50,227 bases of DNA from a virus. Lineage: Duplodnaviria > Heunggongvirae > Uroviricota > Caudoviricetes. Shown here piece by piece: positions 1-8,470 of the stretch. The stretch lies in the IMG/VR virus record IMGVR_UViG_2529292913_000006; one strand, given 5' to 3'. The translations under genes were made by a program, and so were the position numbers. Position 1 is the first letter of the stretch. Each line of letters opens with the position of its first letter. The notes under the pieces are model-generated. The model had not been told where the DNA came from, did no database searches, and was given only the letters and a program-made list of their open reading frames with translations.

Positions 1-1143
1 CTATGCTGTTTTGATATCTACGATAATCCAGTCTTTACCACGATCATCATTGTATCGGTCGGTCATTTTTCTGGATTTATGGCCTAACAATTTTTGCGTA
101 TCCAGACCCTGTTCCCGATATAACCGTTCTGACAGAGATCGCTGCTCATGAAATGTGGGCGCAGTTCCTTGCTCCCATTTTATGCCACATTTTTCCCGGG
201 CCTTTTTAAAAGCCGTTGTCAGAGTATTTGCAGAAACCTGGTCTCCTCTGTTTGCTTGAGAGGTAGTGTGACGGTAATGGACCAGATATTTACTAACAAC
301 AGCATCCCTGCACTGAGATATAACTTCACGAAGGGTAATATTCAGAGCATCGCATTTCAGGTTAAGCGGAATAGCAAGTTTTGAACCGGTTTTTTCCTGA
401 GTAATGTGCAACATGTCGTCCCATATATCAGAGAATTTCAAATTGCAGATATCGCCTAAACGTTGTCCAGTAACAAGAGCAAGTAGCATGCCGCATTTTA
501 AATAGGGCTGCCGTCTGCTTACGCTTTCAAATATTGCCTGCCATTCGGGCAGTGACAATCTTTGGCGGTTTACTCGATTTCGCGGTTGTTTTGTTGCCTG
601 CGCTGGGTTAAATCCTGGCGGAACATGTCCTGCGTGTTGTGCTTCTTTGAAGACGTCGATCAACACCATTCTCACGACTTGCGCCATCCTGTTATGACCT
701 TCAGCCTTTACAGCATCAATTATTTCGGCAATATCAAGTGCGGTAATATCCTTGAGGTGTTGCATTCCACAATGCTCACGGAAAAGACGAATGGGTTTGC
801 CTTTTTGCCGATAGGAGTTGGGTCTTAGTTCATTATGTTGCAGCCTGTCCTCCTGGATAGAAATATATTTATCAAGCCATTCTGTCACCGTAATGTCTGA
901 GCGCCTGCCTTTCATTCTTTCCAGACGCTCATTGACGCTTAATATTTGTCGGGTACGTTGTTCAGCAATAATGGTATTTGCTTCAGTAGCAACTTGTTTT
1001 GCTTCATTCTCATCAGTTCCTAAGCTATGAAAACGACCGGATAGTGGATGTTTGTATTGCCAATATACCTTTCCGGTTCGCTTATCTAATTTGCAATATA
1101 AATTGGGTATAGAGATTTTGTGAGATCGGGGTCTAGCAGCCAT
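1..1143 (-). CDS. int: Phage tyrosine integrase (lambdoid, icd-targeting type)
   Basis: 380-aa ORF, ATG at 1143, stop at window edge; C-terminal tyrosine-recombinase motifs; xis immediately upstream; icd 3' fragment at the other prophage end. Confidence 0.9.
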   Translation of the reverse strand: MAARPRSHKISIPNLYCKLDKRTGKVYWQYKHPLSGRFHSLGTDENEAKQVATEANTIIAEQRTRQILSVNERLERMKGRRSDITVTEWLDKYISIQEDRLQHNELRPNSYRQKGKPIRLFREHCGMQHLKDITALDIAEIIDAVKAEGHNRMAQVVRMVLIDVFKEAQHAGHVPPGFNPAQATKQPRNRVNRQRLSLPEWQAIFESVSRRQPYLKCGMLLALVTGQRLGDICNLKFSDIWDDMLHITQEKTGSKLAIPLNLKCDALNITLREVISQCRDAVVSKYLVHYRHTTSQANRGDQVSANTLTTAFKKAREKCGIKWEQGTAPTFHEQRSLSERLYREQGLDTQKLLGHKSRKMTDRYNDDRGKDWIIVDIKTA

Positions 1144-1369
1144 CAGCGATTATCCGTTGGAGTTTTGGGTTTGCGTTTATTGGGAGTTGCGGTTCTGCAA
1201 GCGTTCCTACAAAACGGGAATTTCGGTCAATCATCCAGTAGCGACCAACTTTTATAGCGGGTGGGGCCATCATTTTCCCTTGCGCGTATTTTTTCAGAAC
1301 TCGCTCACTTGGTGCTAAGTCCCCAAATTCTTCTTTAGCCCAGTCCTGTAAAGTGATTAGTCGAGACAT
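1133..1369 (-). CDS. xis: Excisionase
   Basis: 78-aa ORF overlapping int start by 11 nt; strong SD (GAGGAGG) upstream; position and size typical of lambdoid Xis. Confidence 0.7.
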   Translation of the reverse strand: MSRLITLQDWAKEEFGDLAPSERVLKKYAQGKMMAPPAIKVGRYWMIDRNSRFVGTLAEPQLPINANPKLQRIIADGC

Positions 1370-1508
1370 TTGTCCTCCTCTTAGCTGCTGAGGGAGTTTG
1401 TGACCGATATATCTGACATGATATTAAGCTCATGGCAGGTACATCTCTTGACTGGTCATAGAGATAAATTTAATGCTGAGAAATGCAGTATTGAATTTAT
1501 CAATTTTT

Positions 1509-1748
1509 CTATTTTCTGCGTATGGCACGTAACTTCTTAATGTGTTCTGCCGTTTCGATCTCTTCTGCTATCCGATCTGCATCAGCTTTATTCACAGGTT
1601 CAAAGTCATGATTAAAGCGGAACATGCTGGCGATACATGTTCTGCCTTTTCGGATGTAGTGAACTTTGTTGTGGGTAGAACGCAGGATTTTGCAGGGAGT
1701 GCCGTGGTGGTCGACGTACCAGGTGTTAGGAAAAATGATTCTGAACAT
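1509..1748 (-). CDS. Hypothetical small phage protein
   Basis: 79-aa ORF with ATG start, co-oriented with the early-left operon. Confidence 0.45.
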   Translation of the reverse strand: MFRIIFPNTWYVDHHGTPCKILRSTHNKVHYIRKGRTCIASMFRFNHDFEPVNKADADRIAEEIETAEHIKKLRAIRRK

Positions 1749-1795
1749 TTTTACACCTCAGTTGGACGATGTTGAAATTTGCTGCTTTGAGGCCA

Positions 1796-2014
1796 TCACA
1801 ATCCCCATTGTTTGTTCTTAAGTTCGATCTCCTCCTGGCAACTTGCACAAGTCCGACAACCCTGAACGACCAGGCGTCTTCGCTCATCTATCGGATCGCC
1901 ACACTCACAACAATGAGTGGCAGATACAGTCTGGTAGTTCAGACGACGCATTTTTATTGCTGTATTGCGCTGTAATTCTTCGATTTCTGATGCTGAATCA
2001 ATGATGTCTGCCAT
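1796..2014 (-). CDS. TraR/DksA-family C4 zinc-finger protein
   Basis: 72 aa with CxxC...CxxC (CCECGDPIDERRR...CRTCASC), typical of phage TraR-like proteins. Confidence 0.75.
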   Translation of the reverse strand: MADIIDSASEIEELQRNTAIKMRRLNYQTVSATHCCECGDPIDERRRLVVQGCRTCASCQEEIELKNKQWGL

Positions 2015-2112
2015 CTTCCATTAATCCCTGAATTGTTGGTTAATACGCTTGAGGGTGAATGCGAATAATAAAAAAGGAGCCTGTAGCTCCCTGATGATTT
2101 TGCTTTTCATGT

Positions 2113-2394
2113 TCACCGTTCCTTAAAGACGCCGTTTAACATGCCGATTGCCAGACTTAAGTGAGTCGGTGTGAATCCCATCAGCGTTACCGTTTCGCGG
2201 TGCTTCTTCAGTACGCTACGGCAAATGTCATCGACGTTTTTATCCGGAAACTGCTGTCTGGCTTTTTTGATTTCAGAATTAGCCTGACGGGCAATACTGC
2301 GAAGGGCGTTTTCTTGCTGAGGTGTCATTGAACAAGTCCCATGTCGGCAAGCATAAGCACACAGAATATGAAGCCCGCTGCCAGAAAAATGCAT
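2113..2394 (-). CDS. Hypothetical phage protein
   Basis: 93-aa ORF, ATG start, co-oriented; no recognisable motif. Confidence 0.4.
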   Translation of the reverse strand: MHFSGSGLHILCAYACRHGTCSMTPQQENALRSIARQANSEIKKARQQFPDKNVDDICRSVLKKHRETVTLMGFTPTHLSLAIGMLNGVFKER

Positions 2395-2404
2395 TCAGTG
2401 GTTG

Positions 2405-2962
2405 TCATGCAGCCTCCCGACGGGCAAGAATCCTTGAGCCGAACGCCATCAACTCTCCACGATCAACGGTCGTAAAGTGGCAGTGTGTACGGGGGTATGG
2501 GTGCCAGATAATGAGCATCGAGCCTTTATTATTTCCACTGACGGGTTTCTCAGTGAGTGGGTTAATAAATGCCAGTCGTCCTGCCGTGATGAATCTGACC
2601 TCACTGGCGGTTTGTATCGCTTCATGAAACCATCCGACAGATGTGTCAGCAGGCAATAACATTACACATCCCACACTACTGAATTTGTTTTCAGTGGCTG
2701 CCTTTTTCACAAAAGGGGAAATATTGCTGTATGGTGGATTCAACCAGACATAACCAGAGGCATATCCCATTGCTTCAGGCCATGAAGTGGTTAATGTGTT
2801 CTGCTCCTGTGAGATAAAAAGCCGACATAGTCGGTTTTTTTCGCTGGCGGCAGCATCAAGTTGAAAAACGAACTCTGCATTAAGCGCAGCAAAAATCTCT
2901 GGTGGTGTGCGCCAGCTGTCGCGATGTTCGGCAGGAGTATTGCTTCCGGTGAAATCAGTCAT
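2405..2962 (-). CDS. Phage DNA N6-adenine methyltransferase (Dam-like)
   Basis: 185 aa containing the NPPY motif (WLNPPYSNISPF) of N6-adenine MTases. Confidence 0.8.
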   Translation of the reverse strand: MTDFTGSNTPAEHRDSWRTPPEIFAALNAEFVFQLDAAASEKNRLCRLFISQEQNTLTTSWPEAMGYASGYVWLNPPYSNISPFVKKAATENKFSSVGCVMLLPADTSVGWFHEAIQTASEVRFITAGRLAFINPLTEKPVSGNNKGSMLIIWHPYPRTHCHFTTVDRGELMAFGSRILARREAA

Positions 2963-3112
2963 ACAGCCCCCGTTTATTATTTATCTCCTCAGCCAGCCGC
3001 TGTGCTTTCAGGGGATTTCGGATAACAGAAAGGCCGGGAAATATCCAGCCTCGCTTTGTAACGGAGTAGACGAAAGTGATCGTGCCTACCCGGATATTAT
3101 CGTGAGGATGCT

Positions 3113-3793
3113 TCATCGCCATTGCTCCCCAAATACAAAACCAATTTCAGCCAGTGCCTCGTCCATTTTTTCGATGAACTCCGGCACCATCTCGTCAAAA
3201 CTCGCCATGTACTTTTCATCCCGCTCAACCACGACATAATGCAGGCCTTCACGCTTCATACGCGGGTCATAGTTGGCAAAGTACCAGGCATCTTTTCGCG
3301 TCACCCACATGCTGTACTGCACCTGGGCCATGTAAGCCGACTTTATGGCCTCGAAACCACCGAGCCGGAACTTCATGAAATCCCGGGAGGTAAACGGGCA
3401 TTTCAGCTCAAGGCCATTGCCGTCACTGCATAAACCATCGGGAGAGCAGGCGGTGCGCATACTTTCGTCGCGATAGATGATCGGGGATTCAATAACATTT
3501 ACGCCGGAAGTGAACTCAAACAGGGTTCTGGCGTCGTTCTCGTACTGTTTTCCCCAGGCCAGCGCTTTAGCGTTAACTTCCAGAGCCACACCGGTGCAAA
3601 CCTCAGCCAGCAGGGTGTGGAAGTAGGACATTTTCATGTCAGGCCACTTCTTTCCTGATCGGGGCTTTGCTATCACGTTGTGAACTTCTGAAGCGGTGAT
3701 GACGCCGAGCCGTAATTTGTGCCATGCATCATCCCCCTGTTCGACAGCTCTCACGTCGATCCCGGTACGCTGCAGGATAATGTCCGGTGTCAT
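3113..3793 (-). CDS. exo: Lambda exonuclease (Red-alpha)
   Basis: 226-aa protein recognised as near-identical to lambda Exo ([39 protein letters not shown]...). Confidence 0.95.
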   Translation of the reverse strand: MTPDIILQRTGIDVRAVEQGDDAWHKLRLGVITASEVHNVIAKPRSGKKWPDMKMSYFHTLLAEVCTGVALEVNAKALAWGKQYENDARTLFEFTSGVNVIESPIIYRDESMRTACSPDGLCSDGNGLELKCPFTSRDFMKFRLGGFEAIKSAYMAQVQYSMWVTRKDAWYFANYDPRMKREGLHYVVVERDEKYMASFDEMVPEFIEKMDEALAEIGFVFGEQWR

Positions 3794-4575
3794 GCTGCCA
3801 CCTTCTGCTCAGTGGCTTTCTGTTTCAGGAATCCAAGAGCTTTCACTGCTTCGGCCTGTGTCAGTTCTGACGATGCGCGAATGTCGCGGCGAAATATCTG
3901 GGAACAGAGCGGCAATAAGTCGTCATCCCATGTTTTATCCAGGGCGATCAGCAGAGTGTTAATCTCCTGCATGGTTTCATCGTTAACCGGAGTGATGTCG
4001 CGTTCTGGCTGACGTTCTGCAGTGTATGCAGTATTTTCGACAATGCGCTCGGCTTCATCCTTGTCATAGATACCAGCAAATCCGAAGGCCAGACGGGCAC
4101 ACTGAATCATGGCTTTATGCCGTAACATCCGTTTGGGATGCGACTGCCACGGCCCCGTGATTTCTCTGCCTTCGCGGGTTTTGAATGGTTCGCGGCGGCA
4201 TTCATCCATCCATTCGGTAACGCAGATCGGATGATTACGGTCCTTGCGGTAAATCCGGCATGTACAGGATTCATTGTCCTGCTCAAAGTCCATGCCATCA
4301 AACTGCTGGTTTTCATTGATGATGCGGGACCAGCCATCAACGCCCACCACCGAAACAATGCCGTTCTGCTTATCAGGGAAGGCGTAAATTTCTTTCGTCC
4401 ACGGATTAAGGCCGTACTGGTTGGCGACGATCAACAATGCGATGAACTGCGCATCGCTGGCATCACCTTTAAATGCCGTCTGGCGAAGAGTGGTGATCAG
4501 TTCCTGTGGGTCGACAGAATCCATGCCGACACGTTCAGCCAGCTTCCCTGCCAGCGTTGCGAGTGCTGTACTCAT
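3790..4575 (-). CDS. bet: Recombination protein Bet (Red-beta)
   Basis: 261-aa protein recognised as lambda Bet; 4-nt overlap with exo. Confidence 0.95.
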   Translation of the reverse strand: MSTALATLAGKLAERVGMDSVDPQELITTLRQTAFKGDASDAQFIALLIVANQYGLNPWTKEIYAFPDKQNGIVSVVGVDGWSRIINENQQFDGMDFEQDNESCTCRIYRKDRNHPICVTEWMDECRREPFKTREGREITGPWQSHPKRMLRHKAMIQCARLAFGFAGIYDKDEAERIVENTAYTAERQPERDITPVNDETMQEINTLLIALDKTWDDDLLPLCSQIFRRDIRASSELTQAEAVKALGFLKQKATEQKVAA

Positions 4576-4580
4576 CCGTT

Positions 4581-4877
4581 TTATACCTCTGAATCAATAT
4601 CAAACTGGTGGTGAGCAATGGTTTCAACCATGTACCGGATGTGTTCTGCCATGCGCTCCTGAAACTCAACATCGTCATCAAACGCACGGGTAATGGCTTT
4701 TTTGCTGGCCCCGCAGCGTTGCAAATGATCGATACAGAGTGATTCAAACAGGTGCTGTGGAAGACCTTTTTCCATGTCGTCTGCCAGTTCTGCCTCTTTC
4801 TCTTCACGGGCGATCTGCTGGTAGTGACGTGCCCAGCTCTGAGCCTCAAGACGATCCTGAATGTAATAAGCGTTCAT
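4581..4877 (-). CDS. gam: Host nuclease inhibitor Gam (short form)
   Basis: 98-aa protein matching lambda GamS ([21 protein letters not shown]...); ATG at 4877. Confidence 0.9.
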   Translation of the reverse strand: MNAYYIQDRLEAQSWARHYQQIAREEKEAELADDMEKGLPQHLFESLCIDHLQRCGASKKAITRAFDDDVEFQERMAEHIRYMVETIAHHQFDIDSEV

Positions 4878-4953
4878 GGCTGAACTCCTGAAAATGGCTG
4901 TGAAAATATCGCCCGCGAAATGCCAGGCTGATTAGGAAAACAGGAAAGAGGGG

Positions 4954-5160
4954 TTAGTGATTCAGGCCGTTACCGCGTCCGTCGAGAAAAACTTCTACGA
5001 GCAAATCACGGGTATAAGTGCGCTCGATGCCGCGATGCAGATAAAGCCGTCCGCGTAAATTAGCTGATGCAGTCCAGGTACCATCTTTGTGTTTGACCAG
5101 CATTCCTGGCATGACCGCACCGCGATTAACGGTCTGCGTTCCGTAATGTTGATGAACCAT
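4954..5160 (-). CDS. Small hypothetical protein, first gene leftward of OL (kil/N position)
   Basis: 68 aa from ATG at 5160 preceded by AGGAG SD; the longer 136-aa track ORF starts at TTG and is probably over-extended. Confidence 0.4.
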   Translation of the reverse strand: MVHQHYGTQTVNRGAVMPGMLVKHKDGTWTASANLRGRLYLHRGIERTYTRDLLVEVFLDGRGNGLNH

Positions 5161-5435
5161 AAAAACTCCTGCCCGTAAGCTGGGCTGCTGAACATATAAA
5201 GACTTCTGCGCGTATTCAGGCGGTGGATGGCCGCCGGTTGTCATAACTAAGCCGCCTCGTTGAAGCGACTGAGGTATGAAGTGTTGAGTTGATTTCAGCT
5301 GGTCACACCGACGTTCACGCGTCCGCTTCACCCCTCGCACTCCCCGGAGCCTGCTGAAATTCAAGCTGCGGATCTAAGCGGTCATCGCAACGGTGAATCA
5401 GGTGATTGCCGTATCGTTGTGTTGTTGCGACATGG

Positions 5436-5520
5436 TGATAATAGCTATTGCTATTGATGATATCAATACTTATTGCTATTGCTAGATGTGTTTTGATATT
5501 AAATATTTGATAGCAAAAAG
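5436..5520. promoter_or_regulatory. Putative OL/PL operator-promoter region
   Basis: Repeated TTGCTATTG motifs (5448-5456, 5473-5481, inverted copy near 5510) shared with the cI-cro intergenic region; inverted repeat TATTGAT/ATCAATA at 5453-5469. Confidence 0.5.
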
Positions 5521-5611
5521 AATTAATTTTGTGACTTGCATCGCATAGCGATAACTGAAGCGGGGTTGTGGTGGTTTTTTGAACGGTGTGTGTGATGAGG
5601 GGAGGCAAAAG

Positions 5612-5645
5612 AAAACCCGGCACGGTGGCCGGGACGTTTTATTTC
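5612..5645 (-). terminator. Rho-independent terminator ending the immunity-region operon
   Basis: Stem CCCGGC/GCCGGG (5616-5633) followed on the minus strand by a T-run; sits immediately downstream of the DUF4411 stop. Confidence 0.6.
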
Positions 5646-6151
5646 AAAGAAAAATTATGACTAGCGTATCTTGGAAGAAATTCATATAGTGTTAATGTCT
5701 TAACGCCGTGAGAAGCAGCAGCATCCGGGATCATTATTCTTTTTTTAGGTTTGCCACCGGATGGTTTCTCATGGGTAATAATAGTATATCCATGTGTCAT
5801 CGCATGGGCTATTAAAAAAGCATCTGCTTTTTCATGGCTTGCAAAATCAAACTTTGCCTTTTCGGTAACATCTAATTTAGTTGACCAATTTATTAACTTT
5901 GCATAATTTTCTATTGAACTATGCTCATCTTCGAAGAATGATGATGGTAACTCTTCTTTAATCCATTTACACAATGGATCATCTTTTGCACATAGTTCTT
6001 TTTTTACAGCATTAATGCTATAAATCAGACCATTAATGTGTAAAGCGAGAAGAAAATCCCAAAATATTTTGCAATAATTGAAGTTATATGCAAAGTTTTT
6101 TGCCTCTATGAAGACATTACTATCAATTAAGAATTTTCCATTATGAATCAT
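5639..6151 (-). CDS. DUF4411-family protein (predicted PIN-like nuclease), candidate toxin/effector
   Basis: 170-aa ORF; ATG overlaps the stop of the upstream ImmA-like gene (ATGA coupling); family assignment from memory of sequence features. Confidence 0.75.
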   Translation of the reverse strand: MIHNGKFLIDSNVFIEAKNFAYNFNYCKIFWDFLLALHINGLIYSINAVKKELCAKDDPLCKWIKEELPSSFFEDEHSSIENYAKLINWSTKLDVTEKAKFDFASHEKADAFLIAHAMTHGYTIITHEKPSGGKPKKRIMIPDAAASHGVKTLTLYEFLPRYASHNFSLK

Positions 6152-7287
6152 AGAGATTCTCGTTTTTTATAAAATTCAACAACTGTATCTGCTTTTACAT
6201 TTAGCAGTACGCCTGCTTCCCTTAATGGTAATTGTTGAGACATTGCTTTGGAAATTATTATATTCGTAAGTTTTGGACTGTTACGAACAGGTAATGTGTT
6301 AAAGAAAGAACCACCATTGGATTCTTTTTTGGGCTTATTGTAAGCTTGATCTTTAATTATCTCCAAAGTGTTTCTTTCTATCAAATCTAATTGTAACGCT
6401 TTGATTGCACAAGCGAAATCACTAACCTTAAATAACTTAGAAACCTCTTTTACTCGATAATAATTATTATCGCTGGATGCATTAAGCCAGAAAGATTTGA
6501 AGAGATTATCAGGCATTAAGATTTCAGCAGCAACTTTATTACAAAAAGATTCTATGTTTTTTTCTGTGTCCCACCCAGAGACTCCATCGACTCCAAGCCA
6601 AAGATGAGCCACCTCATGAAATAATGTAAATACCTGCGCAGATAACGCGTCCGAGCTATTTACAAAAATGATCGGAGCAACGCTATCAGATATACAGAAA
6701 CCACGAAACTCTCGCGTGTCAAGTTTTCTTTTATTATTATTACCCACAACACCATTCTTGAAAACTAATACGCCAGTGTCTTCTATTAGTTTTGCCACTT
6801 TAGAAAAATAGCTCTCAAAAGTGACATTTTTTATCTCTTTTTGTATATCAAAATGTATTGTGTTTGCTATGTCTGTAGCAACAACCTTATAATTTAATTT
6901 TCTATTAAATTTAAATTTACCAATAAAATCGAGTGGATCATCATTACCATTTTCTCTTAAATAGTCTTTGTACCACTCAAGTTTATATTCTATATCATAG
7001 TAAACATCAAAAAAATCTTTTCCTAACTCACGGCTATTTATAGCTTGCCTTAAGTCAGGGATCTTGGGTTTGGCTGGAGTTGGTGGCGTTTCAAGAAATA
7101 AAAAACCGAAAGGGATTCCTCCAATTTTTGCCAGTTTTTCTGCTGCGGATTTACTTACCACTCCGTTAAGAAATTTATTAATCTTTTTGGGCATGACTTG
7201 GTCAGCAAGAGTTTCGATAGAAACTCCTTGAGAATTTGCTATCCAATCAATCATCTTCCTAGACAATTGAAATTCAACCGCTGCCAT
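6148..7287 (-). CDS. HTH (XRE-type) plus ImmA/IrrE-family zinc metallopeptidase (COG2856-like)
   Basis: 379 aa; HEXXH motif (FHEVAHLWLG) in central region; N-terminal HTH-like segment; good SD (AGGTGA) upstream. Confidence 0.8.
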   Translation of the reverse strand: MAAVEFQLSRKMIDWIANSQGVSIETLADQVMPKKINKFLNGVVSKSAAEKLAKIGGIPFGFLFLETPPTPAKPKIPDLRQAINSRELGKDFFDVYYDIEYKLEWYKDYLRENGNDDPLDFIGKFKFNRKLNYKVVATDIANTIHFDIQKEIKNVTFESYFSKVAKLIEDTGVLVFKNGVVGNNNKRKLDTREFRGFCISDSVAPIIFVNSSDALSAQVFTLFHEVAHLWLGVDGVSGWDTEKNIESFCNKVAAEILMPDNLFKSFWLNASSDNNYYRVKEVSKLFKVSDFACAIKALQLDLIERNTLEIIKDQAYNKPKKESNGGSFFNTLPVRNSPKLTNIIISKAMSQQLPLREAGVLLNVKADTVVEFYKKRESL

Positions 7288-7316
7288 GTTATCACCTAGT
7301 TAAAAAACCTATTATT

Positions 7317-7354
7317 CAACAATTATTGTTGTGCACCTGATAGCTAACGTCAAG
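7317..7354 (-). promoter_or_regulatory. Putative promoter and palindromic operator upstream of the ImmA-like gene
   Basis: 15-bp palindrome CAACAAT-A-ATTGTTG at 7317-7331; TTGACG -35-like hexamer on minus strand at 7349-7354. Confidence 0.35.
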
Positions 7355-7415
7355 CCTAATTTATTGCCTTACTACAGTAAGCTGAAAAGCGAAGTGCATA
7401 ATTTTGTTCTGATTT

Positions 7416-8108
7416 CTACCCATGCTTTCTATATGTCTGCGGCATGCTCCCGATGACTTTCCCGAAGATGAACACGCGGTTCATCTCGTCTTTCTCGATC
7501 GGGTCCCACGGTGAGTAGCTCTTGTTATCAGAGATAACCAGCAGCTTATCCTTCATCATTTGCAGGCGTTTTACATGGGCGGTGTCGTCATACAGAAACG
7601 CATAGATACCATCACCGTCGAAAGATTTAACCGTGATATCAACGAACAGCAGATCACCTGGTTCGATCGTTCCTGACATGCTGTCACCACGCACGTTAAT
7701 GATGCGGATATTTTCCGCCTTCCTGCCATCGAACATGTGACGAGCATCGTCAAACGAGTATTCAACCGAGCGTAGAACTTCTACAAACTCACGGTTGATT
7801 ACACCCGGCCCGGCACTGACTTCTATATCAAGAACGTCAATTTTGAAGTATTTGGAATGGCTGACAGCAGGCTTCCCTGATTGTTGACCGTCATTTCTCA
7901 TCGGGCCTATGCCTGAAGAGAGCCATTCTGTTCGAACACCCAATGCATTAGCTATTTCAACAATTTTTGTTGAGCCGCGCGCGTTGCCGCTTGTCAGTCT
8001 CCAGATTGTGGGTTGAGCTACGCCAGACGCCTTTGCAAGAGCGCCTTGAGACATTCCAGATTGTTCCATCGCTAGATTTAAGCGATCAGCAAGAGTTTCT
8101 TTTTTCAT
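7416..8108 (-). CDS. cI: Prophage repressor cI (HTH plus LexA-like S24 autopeptidase)
   Basis: N-terminal HTH (MSQGALAKASGVAQPTIWRL), C-terminal S24 domain (GDSM serine, KRL lysine); ATG at 8108 preferred over the track TTG at 8144. Confidence 0.85.
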   Translation of the reverse strand: MKKETLADRLNLAMEQSGMSQGALAKASGVAQPTIWRLTSGNARGSTKIVEIANALGVRTEWLSSGIGPMRNDGQQSGKPAVSHSKYFKIDVLDIEVSAGPGVINREFVEVLRSVEYSFDDARHMFDGRKAENIRIINVRGDSMSGTIEPGDLLFVDITVKSFDGDGIYAFLYDDTAHVKRLQMMKDKLLVISDNKSYSPWDPIEKDEMNRVFIFGKVIGSMPQTYRKHG

Positions 8109-8148
8109 AAGTTTTAATTTATACGCTTGCGTATTGATGGTCAAAACA

Positions 8149-8212
8149 CGTTTTGCTATTGCTTGGATTAATACTCATTGCTATTATTCATTCATTGCAA
8201 TACCAATAGGAA
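8149..8212. promoter_or_regulatory. Putative OR operator region with divergent PRM/PR
   Basis: TTGCTATTG at 8153-8161 and related repeats at 8177-8187 and 8193-8210, between divergent cI and cro. Confidence 0.5.
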
Positions 8213-8218
8213 TTGATA

Positions 8219-8446
8219 ATGACAAATCAAACCATTCAACTCGCAATCAGTATTACAGGTAGTCAAAAACGACTGGCAGATCTATGCGGTGTAGCCCAAC
8301 CCACAGTTTGGCGTTGGCTACACGGTGGCGGAATTGATGCCCGCTATGTAATGAAAATTGTCTCAGCCACTGGTGGAAAGATTAAACCAGCAGATATTCG
8401 TCCCGACCTCGCACCATTGTTTAACGCGAGTAATTCTGCCGCCTAA
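8219..8446 (+). CDS. cro: Cro/YdaS-like HTH regulator
   Basis: Divergent from cI; HTH (SQKRLADLCGVAQPTVWRWL) resembles the cI recognition helix; ATG at 8219 with AGGA SD; track start at 8213 is TTG. Confidence 0.7.
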   Translation: MTNQTIQLAISITGSQKRLADLCGVAQPTVWRWLHGGGIDARYVMKIVSATGGKIKPADIRPDLAPLFNASNSAA

Positions 8447-8470
8447 ACTGCGGCGTTAACTGATAAGGCA

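Noticed and set aside
4954-5364. 136-aa ORF with Arg-rich N-terminus as a possible N antiterminator
   Set aside because: Requires a TTG start without SD; the Arg-rich segment does not resemble N proteins I recall; the internal ATG at 5160 with AGGAG SD is the more credible start.
5315-5623. 102-aa minus-strand ORF across the OL-like region
   Set aside because: Covers operator repeats and terminator hairpin; low-complexity translation; region interpreted as regulatory.
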